Source: Sphingomonadales bacterium (GTDB lineage: Bacteria; Pseudomonadota; Alphaproteobacteria; Sphingomonadales; Sphingomonadaceae). Taken from it: 64,000 nt of DNA. The notes below the pieces were generated by a model. That model was not told where the DNA came from and searched no databases. It saw only the letters and a list, made by a program, of their open reading frames with translations. This document shows, in pieces, positions 36,950 to 45,495 of this stretch (positions are counted from its first letter, which is position 1; each line of letters starts with the position of its first letter). Both the position numbers and the translations under genes were made by a program. Location: assembly GCA_009995225.1 (NCBI GenBank), contig JAACPW010000011.1, positions 30,447-94,446 of the forward strand. Reading direction: 5' to 3'.

Positions 36950-38098
36950 ATGAGCACGCGCAAGATCGCCCTGTGGCATGACGCCGGCCTGATCGATGCG
37001 GACACGCGTGATCGGCTACTGGCCCATGAAACCGCGCATGCCCGCCCGCTGGCGCTGTGGGCGGTGTTCGGTATCGGCGCACTGGCCATCGGGCTGGGGC
37101 TGGTCTCGGTGGTTGCCTCGAATTGGGAAGAGATACCCGGACAGGTGCGCCTTGGCGTTCACCTGGCACTGATTGCGGCGATGCTGACCGCGCTGTATTG
37201 GCGTGTGGAACGGTTGTCGCTGGCCTCACCCTGGGCGGTTGAAGCGGTGGTCTTCGTCACTGCCGCGCTCGGCCTCACGTTCTTCGGGCATCTGGGACAG
37301 GTCTATCAGACATCCGCGCCGCTGTGGCAGCCGCTGGCGATGTGGCTCGCGCTGTTTGCGCCGCTGCTGCTGCTGATGGGGCGCGGTTGGCCTGCTGCGC
37401 TTGCGGTGCTGGGCGGGGCGGTGTGGTGCGTGTGGGACTATGCCAGCGCTGCGACGGCCTATCGCGCGGCTACGCCGTCCATGGCCTTGCTTTTGTGGCT
37501 GGCGCTTCTCACGGCCATGCCTGTGCTGTTCGCGCCGGTCGCGGCGTGGCTGCGAGCCCGTAGCGCCCGGCCCGATTTCTGGCGGCGGCTGGAGCAGTTG
37601 GCGCTGGCCTACGCGGTTGCAGGCGCGTCCTTTGCGGCGTCCATCGCCAGCGCGGGCGAATGGGGGCGCGGTGGTCTGACGCGGGAATGGGCAAGCCCCA
37701 CCTTGAGCGGCGCGGTCGCGGTGCTGGCGGGCCTTGGCGTGAGGGTAGCGCGGCCCGGCATTTCGGGGGGGATGGCCGGCGCGATCATCATCGGGGCAGG
37801 ATTGGTGCCGCCGATGGCCTATGGGCTCGATGATCTGACGGTACCTGCGGGGTTGCTGTTCATGGCGCTATGGGCCGGCATCGCCGCCGCTGCGCTGGCG
37901 GCGCAATGGCGGGGCGTGTTCCAGCTGGCCGTGGGCGTTATCGCGCTGCGGCTCATCATCCTCAGTTTTGAGCTGGCGGGCGATCTGCTCACCAGCGGCT
38001 TCGGGCTGATCGCATCCGGCCTGATGATTCTCGGGATCGCATGGGCAGCGGTGCGCGTGTCGAAGCGGTTTGCGCCCGATGCGGGGCCTGCGGCATGA
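36950..38098 (+). CDS. DUF2157-like polytopic membrane protein
   Basis: KIALWHDAGLID start, GLVSVVASNWEEIP, GQVYQ motifs, many TM segments. Confidence 0.8.
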   Translation: MSTRKIALWHDAGLIDADTRDRLLAHETAHARPLALWAVFGIGALAIGLGLVSVVASNWEEIPGQVRLGVHLALIAAMLTALYWRVERLSLASPWAVEAVVFVTAALGLTFFGHLGQVYQTSAPLWQPLAMWLALFAPLLLLMGRGWPAALAVLGGAVWCVWDYASAATAYRAATPSMALLLWLALLTAMPVLFAPVAAWLRARSARPDFWRRLEQLALAYAVAGASFAASIASAGEWGRGGLTREWASPTLSGAVAVLAGLGVRVARPGISGGMAGAIIIGAGLVPPMAYGLDDLTVPAGLLFMALWAGIAAAALAAQWRGVFQLAVGVIALRLIILSFELAGDLLTSGFGLIASGLMILGIAWAAVRVSKRFAPDAGPAA

Positions 38099-38661
38099 TC
38101 CGCCCCCTTGGCCGTATCGCCGCCGCCTTGCTCCCCGCGCTCGGCCTCGCGGCGCTGTGGGGGCAGAGCCATCACACCTTCCAGCAAGGCACCGAATGGG
38201 AGGTGCCGGTCGAAGGCTATGACCCGCGCGATTACCTGCGCGGGCACTATGTCGAGTTTACCTATGACTGGCCCGGTGTCGAACAGTGGCCCCGATGGCG
38301 CAACGATCATCCGTTCATGCTGTGCCTCGAAGGCGACGCGCCCCGGATCGCCCGCGTTACCGTGCATCGCGAAAGCCCCTGCGCCCATCCGGTGCGCGGC
38401 GATCCCAGCGGCGTTTACGGCCTGAGCGCGCTCACCATGGGACGGCTTTATCTGGGCCAGGCCCGTGCGGAAACCTTGCAGCGTGAATTGCAGGACAGCG
38501 GCCAGCGCGGCGTGGTGACGATCCGCCAGCGCGACGATGGCAGCTTCACCCCCATCGCCATCCGCTTCCGCCCGCTGACCCCGGACGAACGTGCGCAACG
38601 CGAGGCGCGAAATCAAAGGGCGGAGGAATCGCTTCCCCCGCCCCCGATCATACCGCAGTAA
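38095..38661 (+). CDS. GDYXXLXY-domain-like protein
   Basis: N-terminal TM; GYDPRDYLRGHYVEFTY motif; ATGA overlap with the DUF2157 gene. Confidence 0.78.
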   Translation: MIRPLGRIAAALLPALGLAALWGQSHHTFQQGTEWEVPVEGYDPRDYLRGHYVEFTYDWPGVEQWPRWRNDHPFMLCLEGDAPRIARVTVHRESPCAHPVRGDPSGVYGLSALTMGRLYLGQARAETLQRELQDSGQRGVVTIRQRDDGSFTPIAIRFRPLTPDERAQREARNQRAEESLPPPPIIPQ

Positions 38662-38669
38662 AAAGTGCC

Positions 38670-40982
38670 TCAGAACTTCGCGGTGACTTCCACCCCGTAG
38701 AAGCGCGGTTCTGCCGGAATGAACGTCGGAATGCCGAAGCCGTTTCCGGTGTTGCCGGCATCCAGCAGGTAGTCTTCGTCGAAGGCGTTGCGGATGAAGC
38801 CGGCGATTTCGTAACGATCTTCGGCAAAGCTCACCCCGGCGCGGGCGTTCATCAATGTAACCGGTCCCTGCGACAGCAGAGCGGCGTTGGGCACCTGGAA
38901 GAAGATGGTGCTGCGATGGGTGACAGTCGGCGTGGCGAAGAAGCGGGCCCCGCCAAAGTCGTAATCGATGGTGAACCCGCCTGAGGCCTGCCATTCGGGC
39001 TGCAAGCGGAACCGCGATCCGGCAAGGTTTCCATTGGACGGATCATCGTCCACCCCGCCATCGATGAAGCCGAAGTTGCCGAACACCGTGAACCATTCCG
39101 CCAGATCAACAGCCAGTTCGCCTTCGACACCGAGATTGCTGGCGCTGCCCGCGCTGACGGTGATGAACGTGCCAGGTTGCGCGGTATTGGGAATGGTGAC
39201 CTGGAAGTTGTCATAGACCTGATAATAGACCCCGAGCGATGCCGACACCGGACCGGCCGCAAGCTTGACCCCGCCTTCGTAGTTCCAGACGATTTCCGCA
39301 TCGATATCGTTACGGGTGGCGACCACGTTGCGGGCGTCATCGCGGCCCACGCCCAGCTGGACCACCGGCGAACGGCGGCCCTTGGACACGGTGGCGTAAA
39401 CATTGAAATCATCACTGACCCGCAGCAATGCGTTGAAGCGCGGCAGCACGGCCTGGAAACTGTCATCGGCAGTGAAGGCGCGCCCATTGGTGCTGATCCC
39501 GCCGGGGATCAGCGGCGCGCCGGTCAGCGCGCTATTAGGGATATCGTTGACATAGCCGGACTGGCGATATTCGTCGAGGAGCCGGACACCTGCGGTCAGT
39601 TCAAGCGCATCGGTCGGGATCCAGGTCACGTCGGCAAACACCGAATACGCCTCGTTGCGACCCGAATTTTCGAACAGCAAGGCGCTGTAGGGGATGTTGG
39701 TCGCCCCGAGGGCGGGCACGCCGCCATCAGGCGCCACGCACAATTGGCGCGGGTTGGCGAACAGGCCGCCAAGGCAGGTCAGGAACACCCCTTCCTCGGT
39801 GGCGAATGGCACGTTCTGGAAGTTGTCTTCGATGAACAGGTTCCACCCTGCACTGGCGCGAAGCTGGTCGCCCGCATAGTTGAAGCGGCCTTCGTGACTG
39901 GCCTGCCAGCCCTTTGAGAATTCGGTGAATTCGAGGAACGGCGCGGCCGATCCGTCGGCATCGAACACTTCGAGGCTGTCGAATTCGCGGTAGCCGTTCA
40001 CCGTGGTGAAGGTCCATGCGTCGGAAATCCGGAATTCTGCAGTGATGTTAAGATCGTAAACCTCACGGTTGAGGCCAAGCTGATCGTCACCGAGCGCCGC
40101 CGCGCCCGCCGGGAAACCGCCAAGGTTGGCATCAACGAAGGCATTGGTCGGGCCGCCGGGCGAGGCTGCCGAAGCCGGCAACGTTCCCGAAATGAACGGC
40201 GTGCCGCCATTGCGCTGCTGATCATAGGTGCCGATTATGTCGAGCGTGAAATCCGGCGTGGGCGTATAGCGGATCGATGCACGCAGACCCAACTGGTCCT
40301 GCGCGTACAGATCCCGTTCCTGGTTGGGATTGAGGTTCTCAACATAGCCATCGCGCGTGCGCCATTCGCCGGCAATACGCGCGGCAATCACATCGGAACC
40401 GATGTTGAGGTAGCCGCCCACCAGCGTCTGATTGAAATTGCCGTAGCCGCCGCGCACCTCGCCCTCGAAGCCCGCGCGCGGCTTAGCAGAAACCAGGCTG
40501 ATCGCACCCACGGCGCTGGCGGTGCCGAACAGGGTCGCCTGCGGACCCTTGATCACCTCGATACGCTCCATATCGTAGATCGCCTGATACGATCCGCGCG
40601 ACCGCGAGATGTCGACGCCGTTGTAATAAAGCGTAACGCGCGGACCTTCCTGCGCCGAACCTGAATCCGACGTGATGCCGCGGATCACGACGCCGGGGTT
40701 GTTGGCGCTCTGTTCCTGGATCAGCAGACCGGGGGTGTAGTAGGACAGTTCGTCGAGATCGGTGACGCCCAGTTCGCGGATCCGCTCACCCGTGGTGGCG
40801 GTGATGGTGATCGGCACGTCCAGAGCACGCTGTTCGATCTTCTGCGTGGTGACAATGATTTCATTGCCGGAAGCGTTGTCGCCCGCGGCGGGGTTATCCT
40901 GCGCGAAAGCGGCGTGCGGCGCGGCGGCGAGTGCGGCGGTGAGCGCGACCAGCGAGGTGCGCGTAAAACGGGCGGTGTTCAT
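38670..40982 (-). CDS. TonB-dependent receptor
   Basis: Signal peptide; TonB-box EIIVTTQK, plug IRGI...MERIEVIKGPQATLFG, C-terminal YGVEVTAKF. Confidence 0.93.
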   Translation of the reverse strand: MNTARFTRTSLVALTAALAAAPHAAFAQDNPAAGDNASGNEIIVTTQKIEQRALDVPITITATTGERIRELGVTDLDELSYYTPGLLIQEQSANNPGVVIRGITSDSGSAQEGPRVTLYYNGVDISRSRGSYQAIYDMERIEVIKGPQATLFGTASAVGAISLVSAKPRAGFEGEVRGGYGNFNQTLVGGYLNIGSDVIAARIAGEWRTRDGYVENLNPNQERDLYAQDQLGLRASIRYTPTPDFTLDIIGTYDQQRNGGTPFISGTLPASAASPGGPTNAFVDANLGGFPAGAAALGDDQLGLNREVYDLNITAEFRISDAWTFTTVNGYREFDSLEVFDADGSAAPFLEFTEFSKGWQASHEGRFNYAGDQLRASAGWNLFIEDNFQNVPFATEEGVFLTCLGGLFANPRQLCVAPDGGVPALGATNIPYSALLFENSGRNEAYSVFADVTWIPTDALELTAGVRLLDEYRQSGYVNDIPNSALTGAPLIPGGISTNGRAFTADDSFQAVLPRFNALLRVSDDFNVYATVSKGRRSPVVQLGVGRDDARNVVATRNDIDAEIVWNYEGGVKLAAGPVSASLGVYYQVYDNFQVTIPNTAQPGTFITVSAGSASNLGVEGELAVDLAEWFTVFGNFGFIDGGVDDDPSNGNLAGSRFRLQPEWQASGGFTIDYDFGGARFFATPTVTHRSTIFFQVPNAALLSQGPVTLMNARAGVSFAEDRYEIAGFIRNAFDEDYLLDAGNTGNGFGIPTFIPAEPRFYGVEVTAKF

Positions 40983-41055
40983 GTTCTGGCTTTCCCTGAT
41001 GCCTGAGAGGTGCCCGCCCCGTGACAGGGATTGGTGACGGTGCAGCGACCGCACC

Positions 41056-41084
41056 ATGAAGGTTCAGTGACTAACCTATGTCAC
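41056..41084 (-). promoter_or_regulatory. Putative triple Pho-box-like repeat upstream of the TBDR
   Basis: Minus strand GTGACAT-AGGT-TAGTCAC-TGAA-CCTTCAT (11-bp period, degenerate); also forms an AGTGAC/GTCACT inverted repeat. Confidence 0.45.
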
Positions 41085-41124
41085 TTTTAAGGCGTTGCCC
41101 GGCTGCATCAGGTGCCCTGTGCAA

Positions 41125-43545
41125 TCACAAGGGGTTGCCGTCCCGGTCGCGATAGATCTCGCGCCGCCCGACATGATTGGCCGGGCCGACGAGGCCATCT
41201 TCTTCCATCCGCTCGATCCATTTGGCCGCCGTGTTGTAGCCAACACCCATCTGGCGCTGGAGCCAGCTTCCCGACGCCTTCTGGTTTTCGATCACCACCT
41301 GGCAGGCCTGACGATATTTGCGCTCGTCCGGATTGTCCGAAGCGGTCATCTCGTCCTCGAAGCCGAAGCCAAAGCCGTCCTCGGGTTCTTCGGTGACGGC
41401 GTCGATATATTCGGGCGCGCCCTGGGTGCGCCAGAAATCAGCCACGGCTTCGACCTCCTCGTCGGAGACGAACGGGCCGTGGACGCGCACCATCGCGCCG
41501 GTGTTGGGCTTGTAAAGCATGTCGCCCTTGCCCAGCAGCTGTTCGGCGCCCTGTTCGCCCAGAATGGTGCGGCTGTCGATCCGGCTGGTCACCTTGAAGC
41601 TGATCCGGGTCGGCAGGTTGGCCTTGATAACGCCGGTGATGACGTCGACCGACGGACGCTGCGTCGCCATGATCAGGTGGATGCCCGCAGCGCGGCTCTT
41701 TTGCGACAGGCGCTGGATCAGGACTTCGATTTCCTTGCCGATCGTCACCATAAGGTCGGCCAACTCGTCGACGATCAGCACGATCTGCGGCAACGGCTGA
41801 TAATCGAGCTGTTCTTCCTCGAACAACTGCTCGCCGGTTTCGGGATCAAACCCGGTCTGCACCCGGCGACCCAAAGGCTTGCCCTTGGCAATCGCGGCCG
41901 AGACCTTTTCGTTGAAGGAGTGGATGTTGCGCGAGGAGATCGCGCTCATCATCCGGTAGCGGCGCTCCATTTCTTCGACCGCCCATTTCAGCGCGCGCAC
42001 CGATTTGGCAGGCTCGGTCACCACCGGCGAGAGGAGGTGCGGGATATCGTCGTAGGTCTTGAGTTCGAGCACCTTGGGATCGATCAGGATCAAGCGCAGT
42101 TCGGTGGGCGTGAAACGATAGAGCAGGCTGAGCAGGATCACGTTGAGCCCGACCGACTTACCCGAACCCGTGGTGCCCGCGACCAGCAAGTGCGGCATGG
42201 CAGCAAGGTCCGCGATGATCGGTTCGCCCGCGATATCCTTGCCCAGAATGATCGGCAGATTGCCCTTGGCATCGGCAAAATCGGCGCAGGCGGCCAATTC
42301 CTTCAGCATCACCACCTGCCGATCCTGATTGGGCAGTTCGATGCCCATCACCGTGCGGCCCGGAATGGGCGAGACGCGCGCGGAGATGGCGCTCATGTTG
42401 CGGGCGATGTCTTCAGCGAGGCCGATGATGCGGCTGGCCTTGATGCCGGGTGCGGGCTCCAGCTCGTACATCGTCACCACCGGGCCGGTGCGCACGGCGG
42501 TGATTTCGCCCTTCACGTTGAAATCGTCGAGCACGTTTTCAAGCAGACGGGCGTTGCGTTCCAGCGCCAGCTTGTCGAGCTTGGGCGCCTTGTCCACCGG
42601 CGGTTCGGCCAGCAGATCGAGGCTGGGCAGGTTGAAGGGCGCGAACATATCACGCTGGGCGGTCCTGGCGGCCTCGGCACGCTTGGGCGGAGCGGAGGGA
42701 TCGCTGATTTCCGGCGCGCGGCGCGGCGGAGCGTCGAGCGGGGCGGGTGCGGCCTCGCCCTTGGCGGCGCGGCGTGGGCGCGGTGCGGGGATGGCGTCGT
42801 CATCCTCGTCATCCGCAGCAAAGGTCAGCGCAGGCGCTGCCGCCGCGCCGCGGCCCGGCAGCGGCAGGCGGTTCATCAACCCGGTCAGCGATCCGCCGCC
42901 GAGGAAATTCGGCAGGCTCATCAGCGCGCGCCAATCAATCGCGAAAATCCGGGTGAGCAGGGCGACACCCACAGCCAGGCTGGTGAGCGCAAGGCCAAGG
43001 ATCACCCAGCCCTGCGCCCCAGCACCGAAGCGGGCGGCCACCGCCTGAATGGCACTGGCCCCCAGCAGGCCCGCAAGTCCGCCCGATTGCGCGGGCAATA
43101 TTCCGCCTGGCCCTTCGAATGCGAGGCTGAGCACGGTTGCGATCAGCGTCATGGCAATCAGCAGCAGTGCGGTGGGCATCCACCACGCGGTTGTTTCGGG
43201 CGCGTCACCGTTTTCGACATCGCGCCACAGCTTGCGCGCCGACGCGTAAAGCAGCGGCAGCAGCAATGCGCCGGGCAGGCCGAAGATCAGCAGCACCCGG
43301 TCCGCCGCCCACGCTCCGCTTGCACCCATCCAGTTGGCAACCGCGCCGGGATCGGCTGCGGTCGAGGGGCTGGGATCGGTCTGGGTGTAACTTGCCAGCG
43401 CGAGCGCGAGGAACACGGCGGCACCCAGCAGCAGGCCCGCGCCCGCCATCTGGACGATGCGGCGCAAGCTGCGGCGCAGACCTGCGCGCCATTCGGCATC
43501 GGTCTGACGACCGGGTTTGCTGTTCAAGGCCGCGCGGCTGGCCAT
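41125..43545 (-). CDS. ftsK: DNA translocase FtsK
   Basis: N-terminal TM domain, GTTGSGKS, IVDELADLM, ATQRPSVDVITG, C-terminal gamma domain. Confidence 0.96.
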   Translation of the reverse strand: MASRAALNSKPGRQTDAEWRAGLRRSLRRIVQMAGAGLLLGAAVFLALALASYTQTDPSPSTAADPGAVANWMGASGAWAADRVLLIFGLPGALLLPLLYASARKLWRDVENGDAPETTAWWMPTALLLIAMTLIATVLSLAFEGPGGILPAQSGGLAGLLGASAIQAVAARFGAGAQGWVILGLALTSLAVGVALLTRIFAIDWRALMSLPNFLGGGSLTGLMNRLPLPGRGAAAAPALTFAADDEDDDAIPAPRPRRAAKGEAAPAPLDAPPRRAPEISDPSAPPKRAEAARTAQRDMFAPFNLPSLDLLAEPPVDKAPKLDKLALERNARLLENVLDDFNVKGEITAVRTGPVVTMYELEPAPGIKASRIIGLAEDIARNMSAISARVSPIPGRTVMGIELPNQDRQVVMLKELAACADFADAKGNLPIILGKDIAGEPIIADLAAMPHLLVAGTTGSGKSVGLNVILLSLLYRFTPTELRLILIDPKVLELKTYDDIPHLLSPVVTEPAKSVRALKWAVEEMERRYRMMSAISSRNIHSFNEKVSAAIAKGKPLGRRVQTGFDPETGEQLFEEEQLDYQPLPQIVLIVDELADLMVTIGKEIEVLIQRLSQKSRAAGIHLIMATQRPSVDVITGVIKANLPTRISFKVTSRIDSRTILGEQGAEQLLGKGDMLYKPNTGAMVRVHGPFVSDEEVEAVADFWRTQGAPEYIDAVTEEPEDGFGFGFEDEMTASDNPDERKYRQACQVVIENQKASGSWLQRQMGVGYNTAAKWIERMEEDGLVGPANHVGRREIYRDRDGNPL

Positions 43546-43569
43546 GGGGGTATCTCCTGTGCGGAACAA

Positions 43570-43598
43570 ATTATGAATCCTTGCGGGACTCCGGTCAA
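43570..43598 (-). promoter_or_regulatory. Sigma70-type promoter of ftsK
   Basis: Minus strand TTGACC-N17-CATAAT, followed by an AGGAG RBS. Confidence 0.7.
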
Positions 43599-44158
43599 GG
43601 ATCAAGCGACGGGGCGTGTTCCTGACTGAGCCCGTCAATCGCCGCCCAGCGCGGCCATTCCAGCGTGCGGGCGCGGTGTGCGGTCATCCCGCCAAGCGCG
43701 ATTACCGGGATGTTGGCCTGCTGTGCCAGCAGCCGGAACCGCGCCGGGCCCAGCACCGCGCCGTCCGGATGCGAGGCGGTGGGGAAGACCGGCGAAAGCA
43801 GCGCCGCATCCGCGCCCAGCCGTGCCGCCAGACCCAGTTCGGCCATGTCATGCGCGGTCGCCAGATGGAGCAACCCGCAGCGGCGCGGCGTCAGGCTGCG
43901 CGGGCTGCCATACACGCCGTCCGCCCCCCATTCGCGCGCGGTCAGCGCCGAATCGGCCAGAATCACTACATGCCCCCGCGCCCGCGCTGCCTGCCGAAGG
44001 GCCCGGAAGCGCGCCAGACGCTCGGCCCCGGGCAAGTGATAATGGCGATAGATAAAGCCCGATCCGCGCGGCAGGCGGGCCAATCCCGCCTCCAGCCCCG
44101 CGTCATTGCGCTTGTCACTGATAAGCCACAGGCATGGGAGGGGATTGGCGCGCGTCAC
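43595..44158 (-). CDS. Thiamine-phosphate synthase/TenI-like protein
   Basis: LSPVFPTASHP and PVIALGGM motifs; GTG start at 44158 (the longer supplied ORF runs antisense to yggS). Confidence 0.8.
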   Translation of the reverse strand: MTRANPLPCLWLISDKRNDAGLEAGLARLPRGSGFIYRHYHLPGAERLARFRALRQAARARGHVVILADSALTAREWGADGVYGSPRSLTPRRCGLLHLATAHDMAELGLAARLGADAALLSPVFPTASHPDGAVLGPARFRLLAQQANIPVIALGGMTAHRARTLEWPRWAAIDGLSQEHAPSLDP

Positions 44159-44180
44159 CCACCCGCTATAGAACGGCACC

Positions 44181-44855
44181 ATGGAAAATGCAGCCACCCG
44201 CCTCGCCGACATCCGCGCCAATATCGCCCGCGTGTGCAAGCCCGCCCGCCGCGCGCCGTCCGATGTCACCCTGATCGCGGTGAGCAAGACGCATGACGCA
44301 TCGGCCATCCAGCCGCTGATCGATGCCGGCCAGCGTGTGTTCGGGGAGAACCGGGTCCAGGAAGCACAGGGCAAATGGCCGGCCTTGCGCAAAGCCTGCG
44401 CCGATATCGAACTGCACCTGATCGGCCAGTTGCAATCGAACAAGGCGGAAGAGGCTGTGGCGCTGTTCGACGTGATCCATTCGCTCGACCGGCCCAGCCT
44501 GCTGAACGCGCTGGCACGCGCGATGGACAAGACGGGTCGCCGCGTGCCGTGCTTCGTGCAGGTCAATATCGGGGACGAGACGCAAAAGGGCGGCTGTCCG
44601 ATGACAGAGCTTCCCGCCTTTCTGGACGCCGCACGCGCGGCCGACATTCCGTTGGCGGGCCTGATGTGCATCCCGCCCGCCGACACCGAAGCCGCGCCGT
44701 TTTTCGCTTTACTGGCGAAACTTGCCGCCGATCACGGGTTGACCGGCCTCAGCATGGGCATGAGCGGCGATTACGAGACGGCGGTGATGCTCGGCGCGAC
44801 GCACATCCGGGTCGGCACCGCGCTGTTCGGGCAAAGAGGCGCGGCGCACCGATGA
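44181..44855 (+). CDS. yggS: YggS family pyridoxal-phosphate homeostasis protein
   Basis: LIAVSKT, FGENRVQE, HLIGQLQSNK, LSMGMSGD, RVGTALFG motifs. Confidence 0.95.
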   Translation: MENAATRLADIRANIARVCKPARRAPSDVTLIAVSKTHDASAIQPLIDAGQRVFGENRVQEAQGKWPALRKACADIELHLIGQLQSNKAEEAVALFDVIHSLDRPSLLNALARAMDKTGRRVPCFVQVNIGDETQKGGCPMTELPAFLDAARAADIPLAGLMCIPPADTEAAPFFALLAKLAADHGLTGLSMGMSGDYETAVMLGATHIRVGTALFGQRGAAHR

Positions 44856-45334
44856 CGGGGGGGATGGGCGACACGCTCGTCCGGCTCGAAGCGTTTATCG
44901 CAAAATGGAGCCAGCGCCTGAACGCAGACAGTGCCTCGGTCACGTTCGCCGCGCAGGCTTTGGATGCGCCGCCCGGTCTTCACGCCGCCACTGCCGACCG
45001 CTTTGTCACGGCGCTCGGCTACCAGCCGATTGGCGGCAATTGGGAACTGCTCGATCCCGATGCCGCCCCGGACGGTGCGCGCTCGGCCCGCGCCGCACTG
45101 ATCGAGGCGTTCAGCCACAACATGGTCTTGTCGCAGCAAGCCTGGCTGGGCGAGGCCGATGCGCTGGCCATGGCGGAGGGCTTCCTCGGTTGCTTCGATG
45201 CCCGCACCTGCCAGATCGTGACCAACCGGATGTATTTCGGCTGGAACCCGATCACCTCGGCCAGCATCGAATGGGCCTTCGTCGCGTTTGACGACAGCGC
45301 CATCGCGCTGTTGCTGGCCACCGCCGAGGGTTGA
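44852..45334 (+). CDS. Hypothetical protein
   Basis: ATGA overlap with the yggS stop, normal codon usage, followed by a terminator; no recognised motif. Confidence 0.65.
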   Translation: MTGGMGDTLVRLEAFIAKWSQRLNADSASVTFAAQALDAPPGLHAATADRFVTALGYQPIGGNWELLDPDAAPDGARSARAALIEAFSHNMVLSQQAWLGEADALAMAEGFLGCFDARTCQIVTNRMYFGWNPITSASIEWAFVAFDDSAIALLLATAEG

Positions 45335-45337
45335 ACG

Positions 45338-45372
45338 AAAAAGGGCGCCCCGTTGCCGGAGCACCCTTTTTT
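45338..45372. terminator. Bidirectional terminator
   Basis: AAAAAGGGCGC...GCACCCTTTTTT. Confidence 0.75.
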
Positions 45373-45389
45373 CCCGTCATCCGCTGGCT

Positions 45390-45486
45390 ACGGTCGAACA
45401 GCAACCGCAAGGCCGACCGGCCGCCTGCAGCGGGCGCAGCTATGCTGCGCGTCTAGCGAGGGCGATCGCCCGGAGGGGCGATCGCC
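45390..45486 (+). repeat. Dispersed ~100-bp three-hairpin element, copy A
   Basis: Aligns with the reverse complement of 56097-56192. Confidence 0.8.
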
Positions 45487-45495
45487 ACTAAAGCA

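Noticed and set aside
43595-44686. 363-aa version of the thiamine-phosphate-synthase-like ORF
   Set aside because: The N-terminal half is antisense to yggS; the recognisable domain starts at GTG 44158
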